A stretch of 64,000 nt of DNA from Mobula hypostoma (taxonomy: Eukaryota). Both the position numbers and the translations under genes were made by a program. The first letter of the stretch is position 1. Every line of letters begins with the position of its first letter. Location of the stretch: contig NC_086098.1 in the NCBI RefSeq assembly GCF_963921235.1, positions 114,018,001-114,082,000 of the forward strand, read 5' to 3'. The notes beneath the pieces are model-generated. The model was not told the origin of the DNA. It searched no databases and was given only the letters and a program-made list of their open reading frames with translations. Positions 1-11,401 of this stretch are shown here, piece by piece.

Positions 1-666
1 ATTCTGGTTCATTGCACAAGACCCAATCCAGAATAGCTAATCCCTTAGTGGGCTCAACCATGATCTGCTCTAAAAAGCCATCTCTTTTCAGAATTCTCTC
101 CTCTAATTTTAGAAGACATCTCTTCTAAAATTCATCCTCTTTAGATCCAGCACCAACCTGATTTTCCCATATACCTGCATATTGATATCTGCTACGACTA
201 TTGTAACTTTGTCCTTTTGGCATACATTTTCTATCTCCTGTTGTAATTTATAGACTACATCCTTACTATTGTTTGGGGGCCTGTATATAACTCCCATCAG
301 GGTCTTTTTACGTTTGCAGTTCCTTATTCCCACTATGACTCAACACTTTCCAACCCTATGTCACTACTTTCTAATGACCTGATTTCGATTTTCACCAACA
401 AAGCTACGGCACCTCCTCTGCCTACCTGCCTGTCCTATCAATAAAATGTGTATTCTTGGATGTTAAGCTCCCAGCTGTAATCTTCTTTCAGCCACAATTC
501 AGTGATGCCCACAGATCATACATGCCAATCTGTAACTGTGCTACAAGTTCACCAACCTTAATCTGTATACTGCGCGGATTCAAATATAACACCTTCAGTC
601 CAGAAATCACCTTTTTCAAATTTGTCCATCTTTTACATTGCAACTCATCCTGTTGACTGCAATTTC
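1..666 (-). mobile_element. CR1 LINE fragment (APE endonuclease region)
   Basis: ORF 109..333 has GVIYRPPN and the D-I-N motif of CR1 APE; paralogous to 54940-55560. Confidence 0.8.
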
Positions 667-1374
667 TGGGGGAGGGATACTTTCATGAAGAGTTGGCTTA
701 CAAGGTATAGGAAGTGGTCCATGTTTTTCAGGATACTGTCATGAATATTTATTGTGAGAGAGCTAAATAAAGCAGTTTCCATCAATACTGAAGATTTGCT
801 CACACAAGTTTATTGGAGGCCAGACATGACATTCCAATGCAAAAGACTGAGAAAAGTTTTTGGGCAATAATTTATTTGAAATCCGTCTTTACTAAGAATG
901 ACTCTGTTGTATATCTACTGCTAAGTATCAGATTGCATGAGGTTGTGGAGCAAAAATAAAATAAAAACAAATTTCTGCAAGCCATCAAATTTGAGATGTT
1001 ACACAGTACTTTCTGATCTACGGAAACAAAGACTGGAGATGTTGAAAAGCAAATGCAATAGCTTCTGAGAACTGTGTCCTTACTTGTCCTGGAAAGACTA
1101 TAGATCTGTATTAATATTCACACAAATCCAACTTTTTCCAATTGCTTTAGGTAAGACAAAATTGATCTCAAATTGATTTCTTCTGCAGTGAAGATATATT
1201 ACTAATAATCCAAGTCCAAGTACACAGGAATATTACAAGTCCAAATGCACAGAATTACACTAAAAAGAATTGTTAGTTAGGTATGGCACAGCAAATGAAC
1301 ATGTGACGATCAACAGGAAAGTAGCCTGGTAAGGAAAGCTAAACTGTGTTTCTATATTAAAAAAAAATCAACCC

Positions 1375-2173
1375 ATCAAGCTTCCCCTCCCTCCCTCCCA
1401 GCCACCCACAGGTGCCTCCCAGGGTTATGTTCTGTGTCCCTTTCTCTAATCCCTTTACACCCATGACTTACTGCCACACACAGCTTCAATCAGCTGATCA
1501 AATTCGCAGATGACACAACTTTGATTGGCCTTGTTTCTAGCGGTAATAAGACAGCCTACAGAGGAGAGGTTGACACCCTGTCACAGTGATCACAGTGATG
1601 CCAGGATAACAACCTCTCCCTCAATGCCCAAAAAAACAAAAGAGCTGATTGTTGATGACAGGAGGAACGGAGACAGGCTCGCCTCAATCAACATCAATGG
1701 GTCTGCAGTTGAGAGGGTGAGTAGTCTCAAGTTCCTCAGTATACACTTCACCAATGAGCTCACCTAGACTGTATACACTGGCTTTATGGCAAAATAAAAG
1801 CGCAACAGCATCTCTTCCATCTCAGGGGACTCAAGAAGTTCAGCATGGGCTACCAGATCTTCAAGACCTTCTACAGGGGCACCACTGAGAGCATACTGAC
1901 TGGCTGTATCACTGCCTAGTACAAGCACTGCACTAACCTTGATTGCTGGGCACTTCAGAGAGTGATATGGACAGCCCAACACATCTGTGGATGTGAACTT
2001 CCCTCCATTGAGGATACTTACAGCAGCAGGTGCAGAAAGAAGGCCTGGAAGATCATTGGGGACACCAGTCACCCCAAACATAGACCGTTTCAGCTGCTTC
2101 CGTCTGACAAACAGAACCGCAGCATTAAAGCCAGGACCACCAGGCTACGGTACAGCTTTTTTTTAAACGAGCC
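1375..2173 (+). mobile_element. Rex1/Babar-like LINE 3' fragment, interrupted by the Gypsy element; tail continues at ~6492-6597
   Basis: Decayed PQG-VL-P, IKFADD, KTKELIVD, FKFLG-like and HP..FQLLPS..R.RSIKARTTRL motifs. Confidence 0.75.
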
Positions 2174-2449
2174 TGTGGTGACCCACTTTCTAGCACACAC
2201 GCACCGGCGCGTGCTGGCAGAGAGGCCAACCCCAAAAAGGGCGCTGGGCCATCTTCACCAGCAGGGAGAAAATCCCGCGCGCGGAAAGGGTCTGGGAATA
2301 TGCATTCCCCACAGCAATCCTGCCCAGGGAGGGCGGGAACGGGAAGGCTTTAAAGCAGGCCACGAAGTTTGAATAAATCTCTTTCATCACAACTCTAACT
2401 CACCGATTACGTGTGGATATTTTAGCGCTGTGTGAAGCACACTGCTGCA
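2174..2449 (+). repeat. 5' LTR of CsRN1-like Gypsy
   Basis: Direct repeat of 6213-6487; contains AATAAA. Confidence 0.95.
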
Positions 2450-2451
2450 AT

Positions 2452-2464
2452 TGGTGACCCTGAC
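2452..2464 (+). promoter_or_regulatory. primer-binding site, tRNA-Trp-like
   Basis: tggtgaccctgac vs canonical tRNA-Trp PBS TGGTGACCCCGAC, directly after the 5' LTR. Confidence 0.75.
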
Positions 2465-2489
2465 TGCCCAAACGATATTTGGACCAGAG

Positions 2490-3194
2490 ATGACCGATGC
2501 CGCATCTGTTCACGCAGTTTCGTTAAAACTGCCAAGCTTTTCGGCGCTGCGACCCCGTCTGTGGTTCGAACAAGCAGAAGCACAATCCCACATTCGGCAG
2601 ATAACCTCGAAGTCCACTCGCTACTACTACGTGCTGAGCTCCCTCGACCAGGAGACAGCTGCACAAGTAGAGGAGTTTATACAGTCGCCCCCGGAGGACG
2701 GCAAATACACAGCATTCAAAGCCCTACTCATAAGGACTTTCGGACTCTCACGGCGTGAACGAGCACGCCACTTACTGCACCTGGATGGTTTGGGAGACAG
2801 GCCGCCGTCAGCATTAATGAACAAAATGCTGGCCCTGGCTGAAGGACACAAACCCTGCCTCATGTTTGAGCAGGCGTTCCTAGAGCAACTGCCCAAGGAC
2901 ATACGCCTGCTGCTGTCCGACACAGATTTCAGCGACCCCCAGGAGGTGGTGGCCCAGGCAGATGCGCTGTGGAATGCCAAGAAGGAGAGAGGGACGTCTG
3001 TCGCACAGATCACCAAGCCGCATGCCCAAAGGCAGACCAGACCAGGCCCGGCAGCAGAGCCTACAAAACCCAGCGATGGGAGTGAGGAGCCCAATGAACA
3101 ATGGTGCTTCTACCACCAGCGGTGGGGCACAGAGGCCCGCCGCTGTAGACCACCCTGCAAATTCCCAGGAAACATCAGGGCCAGCCGCCGCTGA
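2490..3194 (+). CDS. Gag of CsRN1-like element (open frame)
   Basis: LKLPSF..PRLWFEQAEAQ, LGDRPPSALM and C-terminal CFYH-x9-C-x3-C (CHCC) finger. Confidence 0.85.
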   Translation: MTDAASVHAVSLKLPSFSALRPRLWFEQAEAQSHIRQITSKSTRYYYVLSSLDQETAAQVEEFIQSPPEDGKYTAFKALLIRTFGLSRRERARHLLHLDGLGDRPPSALMNKMLALAEGHKPCLMFEQAFLEQLPKDIRLLLSDTDFSDPQEVVAQADALWNAKKERGTSVAQITKPHAQRQTRPGPAAEPTKPSDGSEEPNEQWCFYHQRWGTEARRCRPPCKFPGNIRASRR

Positions 3195-6150
3195 TGGCTA
3201 CGGCGGCTGGCCATCAGGACAGCCTCCTGTATGTCTGGGACAAGCAGTCGGGACGCCGCTTTTCGGTCGACACCGGAGCAGAGATCAGCATCTTACCTCC
3301 AACGAGTTACGACACCCGCAACAGAGAACCGGGACCCACCCTGAGAGCCGCAAATGGCAGCACAATACGGACCTACAGCACCTGCACGGTGCAGCTACAG
3401 TTCAGCTCCAGCTGGTTCACGTGGGACTTCACACTGGCCGCCGTGGCCCAACCAATCCTGGGGGCAGATTTTCTGCAAGCCCACAGCCTGCTGGTCGACC
3501 TGCAAGGGAAGCGATTAGTCCACGCCAAGACTTTTCAAATGTTCTCCCTGGGTGAAGCAAAGTTGCCAGCCCCACACCTGGACTCCATCACGCTGTCCCG
3601 ACTACGAATTCACCAGGTCCTGGCGGATTTCCCATCAGTACTGACACCGCAGTTCACGGCAGCCATGCCCAGACACGGAGTACAGCACCACATCCCGACC
3701 CAGGGACCACCCCTCCACGCCCATGCTCGAAGGCTTCCCTTGGACAAGCTCCGACTGGCAAAGGAGGAGTTCAAGAAGATGGAGGAATTGGGGATCATAC
3801 GATGGTCCAACAGTCCATGGGCCTCCCCCCTGCACATGGTGCCCAAGGCAACGGGGGGCTGGAGACCATGCAGTGACTACCACAGACTGAACGAGGCTAC
3901 AACGCCAGACTGCTACCCTGTGCCGCACATTCAAGACTTCGCAGCAAACCTACACGGCGCAAGGATCTTTTCCAAGGTAGACCTCGTCCGGGGATACCAT
4001 CAAATCCCGGTACATCCGGACGACATCCCCAAAACGGCACTCATCACCCTGTTCGGACTTTTCGAATTCCTCCGAATGCTTTTCAGATGTTCCAGTGGCT
4101 AATGGAGGCGGTGGGACGCGACCTGGACTTTGCATTCATCTATTTGGACGACATCCTCATAGCCAGCAATAGTCATCAGGAGCATCTGTCCCACCTCCGC
4201 CAGCTCTACTCCCGCCTGAGCGAATTCGGCCTTACAATCAACCAGGCCAAATGCCAGTTCAGACTCGACACCATCGAATTCTTGGGCCACAGGATTACTA
4301 AAGATGGGGCAACCCCTCTGCCTGCCACTTCCCCCGACCCAACACAATCAAAGGCCTGCAGGAATTCGTGGGTATGATGAATTTCTACCACCGTTTCCTG
4401 CCCTCAGCAGCCCGAATCATGCGCCCCCTCTTCACCCTGATGTCGGGTAAGGGCAAGGACATTACCTGGGGTGAAGAGGCTGCAGCCGCTTTCGTTAAAG
4501 CCAAAGAAGCCTTGGCAAACGCCGCGATGCTAGTGCACCCCAGAACGGATGTTCCTACTGCCCTCACGGTGGACACATCCAACACAGCAGTCGGTGGAGT
4601 GCTGGAACAACTCATCGAGGGTCACTGGCAACCCCTGGCGTTCTTCAGCAAACACCTACGACCACCCGAACTCAAATACAGTGCTTTCGACTGGGAGCTA
4701 TTGGCACTATATCTGGCAATCCGGCATTTCAGATACTTCTTAGAAGGTAGGCCCTTCACCGCGTTCACAGACCACAAACCGCTTACCTTTGCGTTCACGA
4801 AGGTGTCCGACACCTGGTCGTCCTGCCAGCAGCAACATCTGTCCTACATCTCCGAGTACACGACGGACATCCGGCATGTCTTGGGAAAGGACAACGTCGT
4901 GGCGGATGCACTTTCCAGACCTACCATACAGGCCCTGTCCCAGGGGGTGGACTATGCAGCACTGGCGGAGGCACAGCAGGCAGACGATGAGATCCCTAGA
5001 TACAGGACTGCAGTCTCCGGTTTGCAGCTTCAAGACCTCCCCGTAGGCCCAGGTGAGAGGACTCTACTATGTGACGTAGCTACTGGCCAACCCCGCCCCG
5101 TTGTCCCAGCAGTCTGGCGCCGGCAGGTTTTCGAGTCCATTCACAACTTAGCGCACCCCTCCATCAGGACAACCGTCCGGCTGGTCGCCAACAGGTTCGT
5201 GTGGCATGGACTTTGTAAGCAGGTCAGTGAATGGGCCAAAACGTGCATGCAGTGCCAAACGGCCAAGGTGCAGCAGCATACCAAGGCTCCGCCGCAGCGG
5301 TTCGAACCCACCTGCCGGAGGTTCGACCACATTCATGTGGATATCGTGGGGCCCCTGCAGGGTCACGAGGAGCGCGGTAGCTCCTAACTATGATAGACCG
5401 GTTCACCAGATGGCCAGAGGCAGTCCCGCTCACCTACACCACCTCCGAATCCTGCGCCCGAGCACTGATCGCAACCTAGGTAGCCCGCTTCCGGGTACCG
5501 GCCCACATTACCTCCAACAGGGGCGCCCAGTTCACCTCCAGCCTGTGGTCGGCTATGGCCAACCTTTTAGGATCGCAGCTACACCACACAACTGCCTAAC
5601 ACCCACAGTCGAACGGACTAGTGGAGCGTTTCCACCGTCACCTGAAGTCGGCTCTCATGGCCCGGCTGGAAGGGCCTAACTGGGTGGACGAACTTCCCTG
5701 GGTCCTGCTCGGAATCCAGTGCCCAAGGAGGATCTGCACACCTTGTCGGCTGAGTTGGTGTACGGCGCACCCCTGGTCGTCCCAGGAGAGTTCATACCAG
5801 CCCAAGGGGGCAAGAGGAAGAACCCACAGCAGTCCTGGACAGACTACAGGAGAGGCTCGGTAACCTGGCCCCCATACCCACTTCACAGCACGGACAGAGC
5901 CCGACCTGTGTACCCAAAGACCTGCAGAACTGTAAGTTTCTTTTTGTACGACGGGGCGGACACCGGGCACCGCTACAGCGGCCCTATGAGGGACCGTTTA
6001 AGGTGATCAGGAACAACGGGTCCACGTTCGTGCTGGACATTGGGGGGAGAGAGGAGGTTTTCACGGTGGACCGACTCAAACCGGCCCATGTGGACTTGGC
6101 GCAGCCGGTCCAGGCTCAGGCACTGCGGCGCAGGGGCAGACCTCCCAAAC
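3194..6150 (+). pseudogene. Pol (PR-RT-RNaseH-IN), frameshifted
   Basis: VDTGA, WASPLHMV, YLDD, LTVDTS, TDHKPL, HNLAHP/CMQC, DIVGPL, VERFHR spread over several frames. Confidence 0.9.
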
Positions 6151-6212
6151 AGAGGCCGATCCAGACTGTGGACATTGGGGGAGGTATCGCCGGTTCTGGG
6201 TGGGGAGGGTTA

Positions 6213-6487
6213 TGTGGTGACCCACTTTCTAGCACACACGAACTGGCGCGCGCTGGCAGAGAGGCCAGCCCCAAAAAGGGTGCCAGGCCATCTTCACCAG
6301 CAGGGGAAAATCCCACGCGTGGAAAGGGTCTGGGAATATGCATTCCCCACAGCAGTCCCGCCCAGGGAGGGCGGGAACGGGAAGGCTTTAAAGCAGGCCG
6401 CTAAGTTTGAATAAATCTCTTTCATCACAACTCTAACTCACCAACTACGTGTGGTTATTTTAGTGCTGTGTGTAGCACACCGCTACA
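6213..6487 (+). repeat. 3' LTR of CsRN1-like Gypsy
   Basis: Direct repeat of 2174-2449, preceded by a polypurine tract. Confidence 0.95.
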
Positions 6488-6710
6488 AGCCATTAGATTT
6501 TTAAATTCACGTCTGTGCATGGCAACAGAGCCACGCAAAGATTTTTACCCCCTCGTGTTGTGGGATGGATTTAAGATATTAAATAAATTCTGAATTCTTA
6601 GAAATTTGTACCTTCAAACTCTGATTTTGCAAGAGTTGAAAAGACACTGGCTGTTTAACTACTAACATTAGATAATTTCTCGTGTTTACCGTATGATATG
6701 GCATGCTTAC

Positions 6711-6877
6711 CTGCGTCCTCCTGATTTTTTGGACTTATCTCTTCATTCTTTATTTCACACTCAGATGCTTTGACTGGACGAACGTTCCCAGGAGAAGATG
6801 GCCTCTGGATTGTTGAATTTTTCACTGAGCCAGGTGGTGACACAAGTACTTTTGGAGTCATTGGTTTTGTTGATAAT
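6711..6877 (-). CDS. MAP7: MAP7 coding exon (proline-rich region)
   Basis: taatag|...|gtaagc, 167 nt, phase 2-1; LSTKPMTPKVLVSPPGSVKNSTIQRPSSPGNVRPVK... vs human PPGSVK...RPPSPGNIRPVK. Confidence 0.9.
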
Positions 6878-7059
6878 CTATTACAAACAAAAGGAAAAAC
6901 TGTACAAATGAAACAAAGATATCAGTTGCTTACTTCATACCACCCCCCGCCAAAATGCCAATCATAACTCCCACATTTTCTATATTTAAATTTTGACATT
7001 TTGCAAGCCTGTATAACAAAGTTGTTGCAGTTAGCAGAATAAACTTGTACTTTCCTCAC

Positions 7060-7196
7060 CGAACTGCGGATGGCATTGGTGATTTATTTTTCACCTTCAA
7101 AGGCGAACATGACCTCTTCGCTGCTGTATTTGTAGCTAGGGCTACAGCTGCATTTTTTTCCCTTTCATTTTCTCGCTCCTTTTCTTTTTTGTCCAT
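7060..7196 (-). CDS. MAP7: MAP7 coding exon
   Basis: tcttag|...|gtgagg, 137 nt, phase 0-2; MDKKEKERENEREKNAAVALATNTAAKRSCSPLKVKNKSPMPSAVR, cf. human KKERERENV..RRAVSP. Confidence 0.88.
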
Positions 7197-8549
7197 CTAA
7201 GACAATTAAAGATCATTTCAGAAAAAAATTACCATATTTTATATTACTGTTGAAAAATATATTGGTATCATAACAGATGAAACATTTGAATGCAGACAAT
7301 GGACTGATAAATCTTTAGCTAAAGACTACCTTCAAATCTGCCTTCAGCAGTCATTAAAGATTATTGGGTCACATTGTGCTGTGCTTTAGTGAAGATTTAT
7401 CAAATTAAAAATTCAAAATTATCATTCTTTAGGTACTGCATATATTACAGGTAATGAACTTACTTGATGCACAAGTGGGCAACCAGGTACAAAATGAATT
7501 AGTACATCACCCACTAGTTGCTTATTTAGAGCCAGAGACAGAGAGTAGTGTAGCACAAAAAGCAGACCCTTCAACCCATCACATCCATGCTAACCTTGTT
7601 GCCCATCTACACTAATCTCATTTGCCCTCATTAGGTCTGTATCTTCCATGCTCTGCCTACTTTGTTAGATCATCGTAATATCTTCAAACTTTAATGATTG
7701 TATCTGACACCAGCAAGCTCCAGATATAAACCTCTATGTAGAAAAAAACTTTCCCTTCAATTCTTCTTTAAGACTCGAGGTTTTGGCAGACCTAGGCAAC
7801 ATTTTCCAGCTCATCTGCGAAATGACTGATTCTTTTTTTCCTCATGTCCCTCTGTGGCTGGGGTCCTGTCAGAGGCTGTGATCTGCAGCTGTAACTCAGA
7901 CTACGGCTCTCCACATCCAGTGGATTCTCATTCTCGGACTAACTAACTGTGCGGGCTAGAAGACATGCACCTTCATAGATGACCCAGCTATTCACCGCTA
8001 TCACCAAATGAAGTGTCACGGGAGACTGAAACAGAGACAGCAGGTGGTGTGAACTGATATCGGAAGAAGACCTCTGCACTCGAGCAATCTTCTCGCTCTC
8101 TCTGAGAGAGAGAGCCTATCAGGGTGACAGAACTGCTGGTCTACTGCAGGAGCTCTCTCTCTCCCTCACTAGTGAGAAAGAGCCTGTCTGAGATACCAAA
8201 GTGTTGAGATGTACTGTAGTTTACGATGGACTCTGGATCAAGATCTCTTTGGGGTCTTTGCTATTGCTTGCATGGTGGGGGGGGGCGGGGGGAAGGTTTT
8301 GATGCTTTTGCTACCGCTTGTGCATGGGGGCAGGCTTTGGGGTTCTGATGTCTCTATCATTCATTCCTTGGGCTTTTCTTTTCCTGTTTCGTGGATATCT
8401 GTGAAGAATAAGAACTTCCGGTTGTATACTATATACATTCTCTGATATTAAACTGAACCATTAAAACTCCTTCCTACTACCTTATACTCAGGCTCCCTTA
8501 CTTTTGATAAACTTATTACAGGAAAAATAGTAAACTATTCTAAACCTCT

Positions 8550-8902
8550 AAGAAGACCACGACCTTTTTGTGGTTTGGAGGCTTGCATGCTTCAATGACC
8601 TGAAGGGCTATGTTGCTGGAGTCAGGGCTTTATGTTTTGGCTCATGGTAGGGTCATCCATGCCAAACAGGTCAAACGGTAGAGGACAGACCAGTCCAAAC
8701 AAAACTGTTATGGAAACAGCAATGAAGAATCCTTCTACATCTGAGCGTGATGGTATTCCCGAGTCCCCACCTGGAACTTGCACGACTGACAGTAGTGAAA
8801 ACTGAGCTACTGACAAGATGAAGGAAGCTCTGAACAGCGCCAGAGATGGAGGACCTTCATTGCTGCCCTAAATGTCGGCAGCTTAACAGGCAGTAGATAG
8901 AT
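8550..8902 (+). mobile_element. RTE-derived short non-autonomous retroelement (Bov-A-like bipartite)
   Basis: 5' part resembles RTE/BovB 5' motifs (gcttgc.tg..tcaatga..gctatg..tagggtca.cca..acaggtca); (taga)n tail; 15-bp TSD ctattctaaa(c/a)ctct at 8535-8549 and 8903-8917. Confidence 0.6.
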
Positions 8903-9014
8903 CTATTCTAAAACTCTTATAGTTCTATACATTTCTAACTCCTCACACTCACCTCCTCTCCTATAAAAAGATCACCCTATTCAATCTCTTCCAAAAACTA
9001 AAGTCCTCCATTCC

Positions 9015-10454
9015 AGGCAACATCTTGTACAAGACATTAGTGAGGCTATACCTGGAATACTGTGTATAGTTCTGGTTATCCTTTTATAGGAAGGACGTCA
9101 TTAAGCTGGAAAAAGTACAAAGAAAATTATGAGAATGTCTGAATTCAAGATCCTGAGTTAAAGGAAGAGCTTGGGCAAGTGAGGACATTATTCCTTGAAG
9201 CACAACGGACAGGGGAGAAAGCAGAATGGGAAGAAGGAATAGGAGAAGTGGATTGTGAACCTGAGGAGAAATGTATAAAATCATGAGGGGCATAGTTAGC
9301 ATGAACGCAAAGTGTCATTTCCCAAGTAAAGGGAATCACTGCTTAATGATCAGGGAAAAATACAGGCATATGGATTAATGGACCATCAGTATGGATTGCT
9401 AAAGTAGATCCTGTTTGGCTTAGCTGATTGAATTTTTTGACGAGGCAGCAGATGAGTGAATGAAGTGCAACAGATGTTACACATCTTCTGAGAATTGCTA
9501 GTCAGAAAATATAGGGTGTCAATAAAAATAAAAAACAATTAAAAGAAAATTAATTGACTTATAAAATGTAGCAAACTGATGAATTTTAAGCACTGTTCTC
9601 CAGGAGAACAGGAGAGAAACCATTGCTTTTTGTTGATATATTAATGTGTTGGATATGAATGCACAGGGTAAACTCTCAAAATGTGTAATTATCTCAAAAT
9701 TGAAAGGATAAAAAGAGAGGACAAAGAAATTTTTAAGTCAGCAGACTGGGCAAATGAAACTTTAATACAGAGATTAAATGAAATCATTTATTGAGGGTTC
9801 AGAGCCTTTGAAACTTTTCCTCTAAGAAGCAATGAAAGCAGTGTCTTTCCATTTTAAAGGCAGAGGTAATACTGATTCTTTAGCAAGGAGGCAAAAGATT
9901 ATTGGAGAGAGATGCAAATGCAAAGTTGAGATGACAATCAGATCAGTCATGATCATATTAGATGGTGAAGCAAGGGTAAGTGGATAAATAACCTATTCCT
10001 GCTCCTAATGCATATGTTTACCTGTACTTCTGGTTATCAACTTAAGGATGCAAAGGTTGTAAGGCAAAAAGGGAAAATGATCCTGATACTTGGCAACTTG
10101 AGGACCAGGAACCAAAATTTCAAAATGATGCAAAATGCTATGAAATACACGCAAGCACTTGGTGAAAGTATAACACAACTACAAGGTGGTTACAGCTATG
10201 ACTGCCTTTAACAACAATGAAATTATTCAAAGAACCAGAGGATTTGTTGAGACATTGGAGGAAAAATAATTTGTAAAGCTATGGAGAACAAGTCTGAATA
10301 GATTGCTCAAAAAGCTCCATTCTCCACACTTGTTTAATAATGCACATGAACTCAAATTTCTTTGGACACACAATGATTTTTTCTTTTCATGATTTACAAT
10401 GTATTCTTTTATTCCCCTTTAATTGTAAGTGGATGATCTCAAATTTGCAGAAAT

Positions 10455-10517
<63 letters not shown>

Positions 10518-10770
10518 GGGGGGGCATGGTGGTGAAGCAAGGTGGAATTTTTAAGGAAATGTTGTGCAGGGTATGATTTTTACACACGGGGGGTGGTAGC
10601 TACTTCGAACAGGCTGCTGAAGCAGTGACCAAAGCAGCTATGACAGGAGATTGGAATATTAATATAAAGTGAAAGATATGTAGACAGAAGAGTTTTAGTT
10701 TAATTTGACATCATGTTCAGCAAAGACATTGTGGGCCAAGAGCCCTGCTTCCATGCTGTATTGTCCTATG
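9015..10770 (+). mobile_element. Old CR1 LINE 3' fragments
   Basis: Decayed LVRxxLEYCVxFW...KDVIKLEKVQ motif and CR1 3' UTR-like pieces; boundaries approximate. Confidence 0.5.
10457..10514. repeat. (GT)29 microsatellite
   Basis: Perfect dinucleotide run followed by a G tract. Confidence 0.98.
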
Positions 10771-11175
10771 TTACTTCACTTCTACCAGCATCTGACATAG
10801 CAGCAAAATCAATCCAAAATTGCCCAACCTCTCCTCACAGCTCCAATTCATGCAACATTGTGTTAAAATGCTCTCCAAAGCCTTCACATCTTTCCTGCAG
10901 TGTAGTAACTAGGACTGCAGCCGCCACAGCTTTGGCTACTCTAATACTCCATAAAGTGCTATTATATAGCATTTGGATAGCATTGTAATTTTATACTTTC
11001 ATCTGTTTACAATGGTGCCCTAATTGCATTATTGAAAAAAAATAGATATGAGGCTTCCCATTTCATCATAAATCCCTTTATAAACGAAGTGAGTGACTAC
11101 ATCCTCAACACAACCCCATTGGGCACAGAATCAGCTACAGTTACTCACTTTGTGCTTCCATTCAATCAGTTCCTT

Positions 11176-11396
11176 CACTGCTATGGCTTCTGTATGTCCT
11201 CCTCGTGGAATGCACAGGTCTTCCCCGGGTGCTTTGGCTTCCTCTCAGTCCAAAGACTTACTGAGCAGGTTAATTGGTCATTGCAAATAGTCTCATGGTT
11301 AGGTTAGGGTTAATCAGCATTGTCAGGGGTTGCTGGGGCAGCGTAGCTCCAAGGGCTGGAAGGGCTACTCCGCATTGTATCACTAATAAATAAATT
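11176..11396 (+). mobile_element. V-SINE (HE1-like) fragment
   Basis: V-domain-like ccccgggtgctttggcttcctctcagtccaaagac, taattggtcattg and an aataaataaa tail. Confidence 0.6.
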
Positions 11397-11401
11397 ATAA
11401 T

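Larger units (their letters stand above)
2174..6487 (+). mobile_element. Complete decayed Ty3/Gypsy LTR retrotransposon, CsRN1-like clade
   Basis: TG..CA LTRs 2174-2449 and 6213-6487 (~92-93% identical by eye), 4-bp TSD AGCC (2170-2173/6488-6491), PBS tggtgaccc, PPT 6198-6212, gag then PR-RT-RH-INT. Confidence 0.95.

Noticed and set aside
2422-6414. Many overlapping and antisense ORFs of 60-200 aa (likewise at 34374-40152)
   Set aside because: Shadow frames of GC-rich retroelement sequence with no recognisable domains
7778-8460. Repeat-like block with a LINE-type tail and possible 9-bp TSD
   Set aside because: Probably an interspersed repeat, but no diagnostic motif allowed a supported classification
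10340-10587. ORFs with CV and HT repeats
   Set aside because: Artefacts of the (GT)n microsatellite
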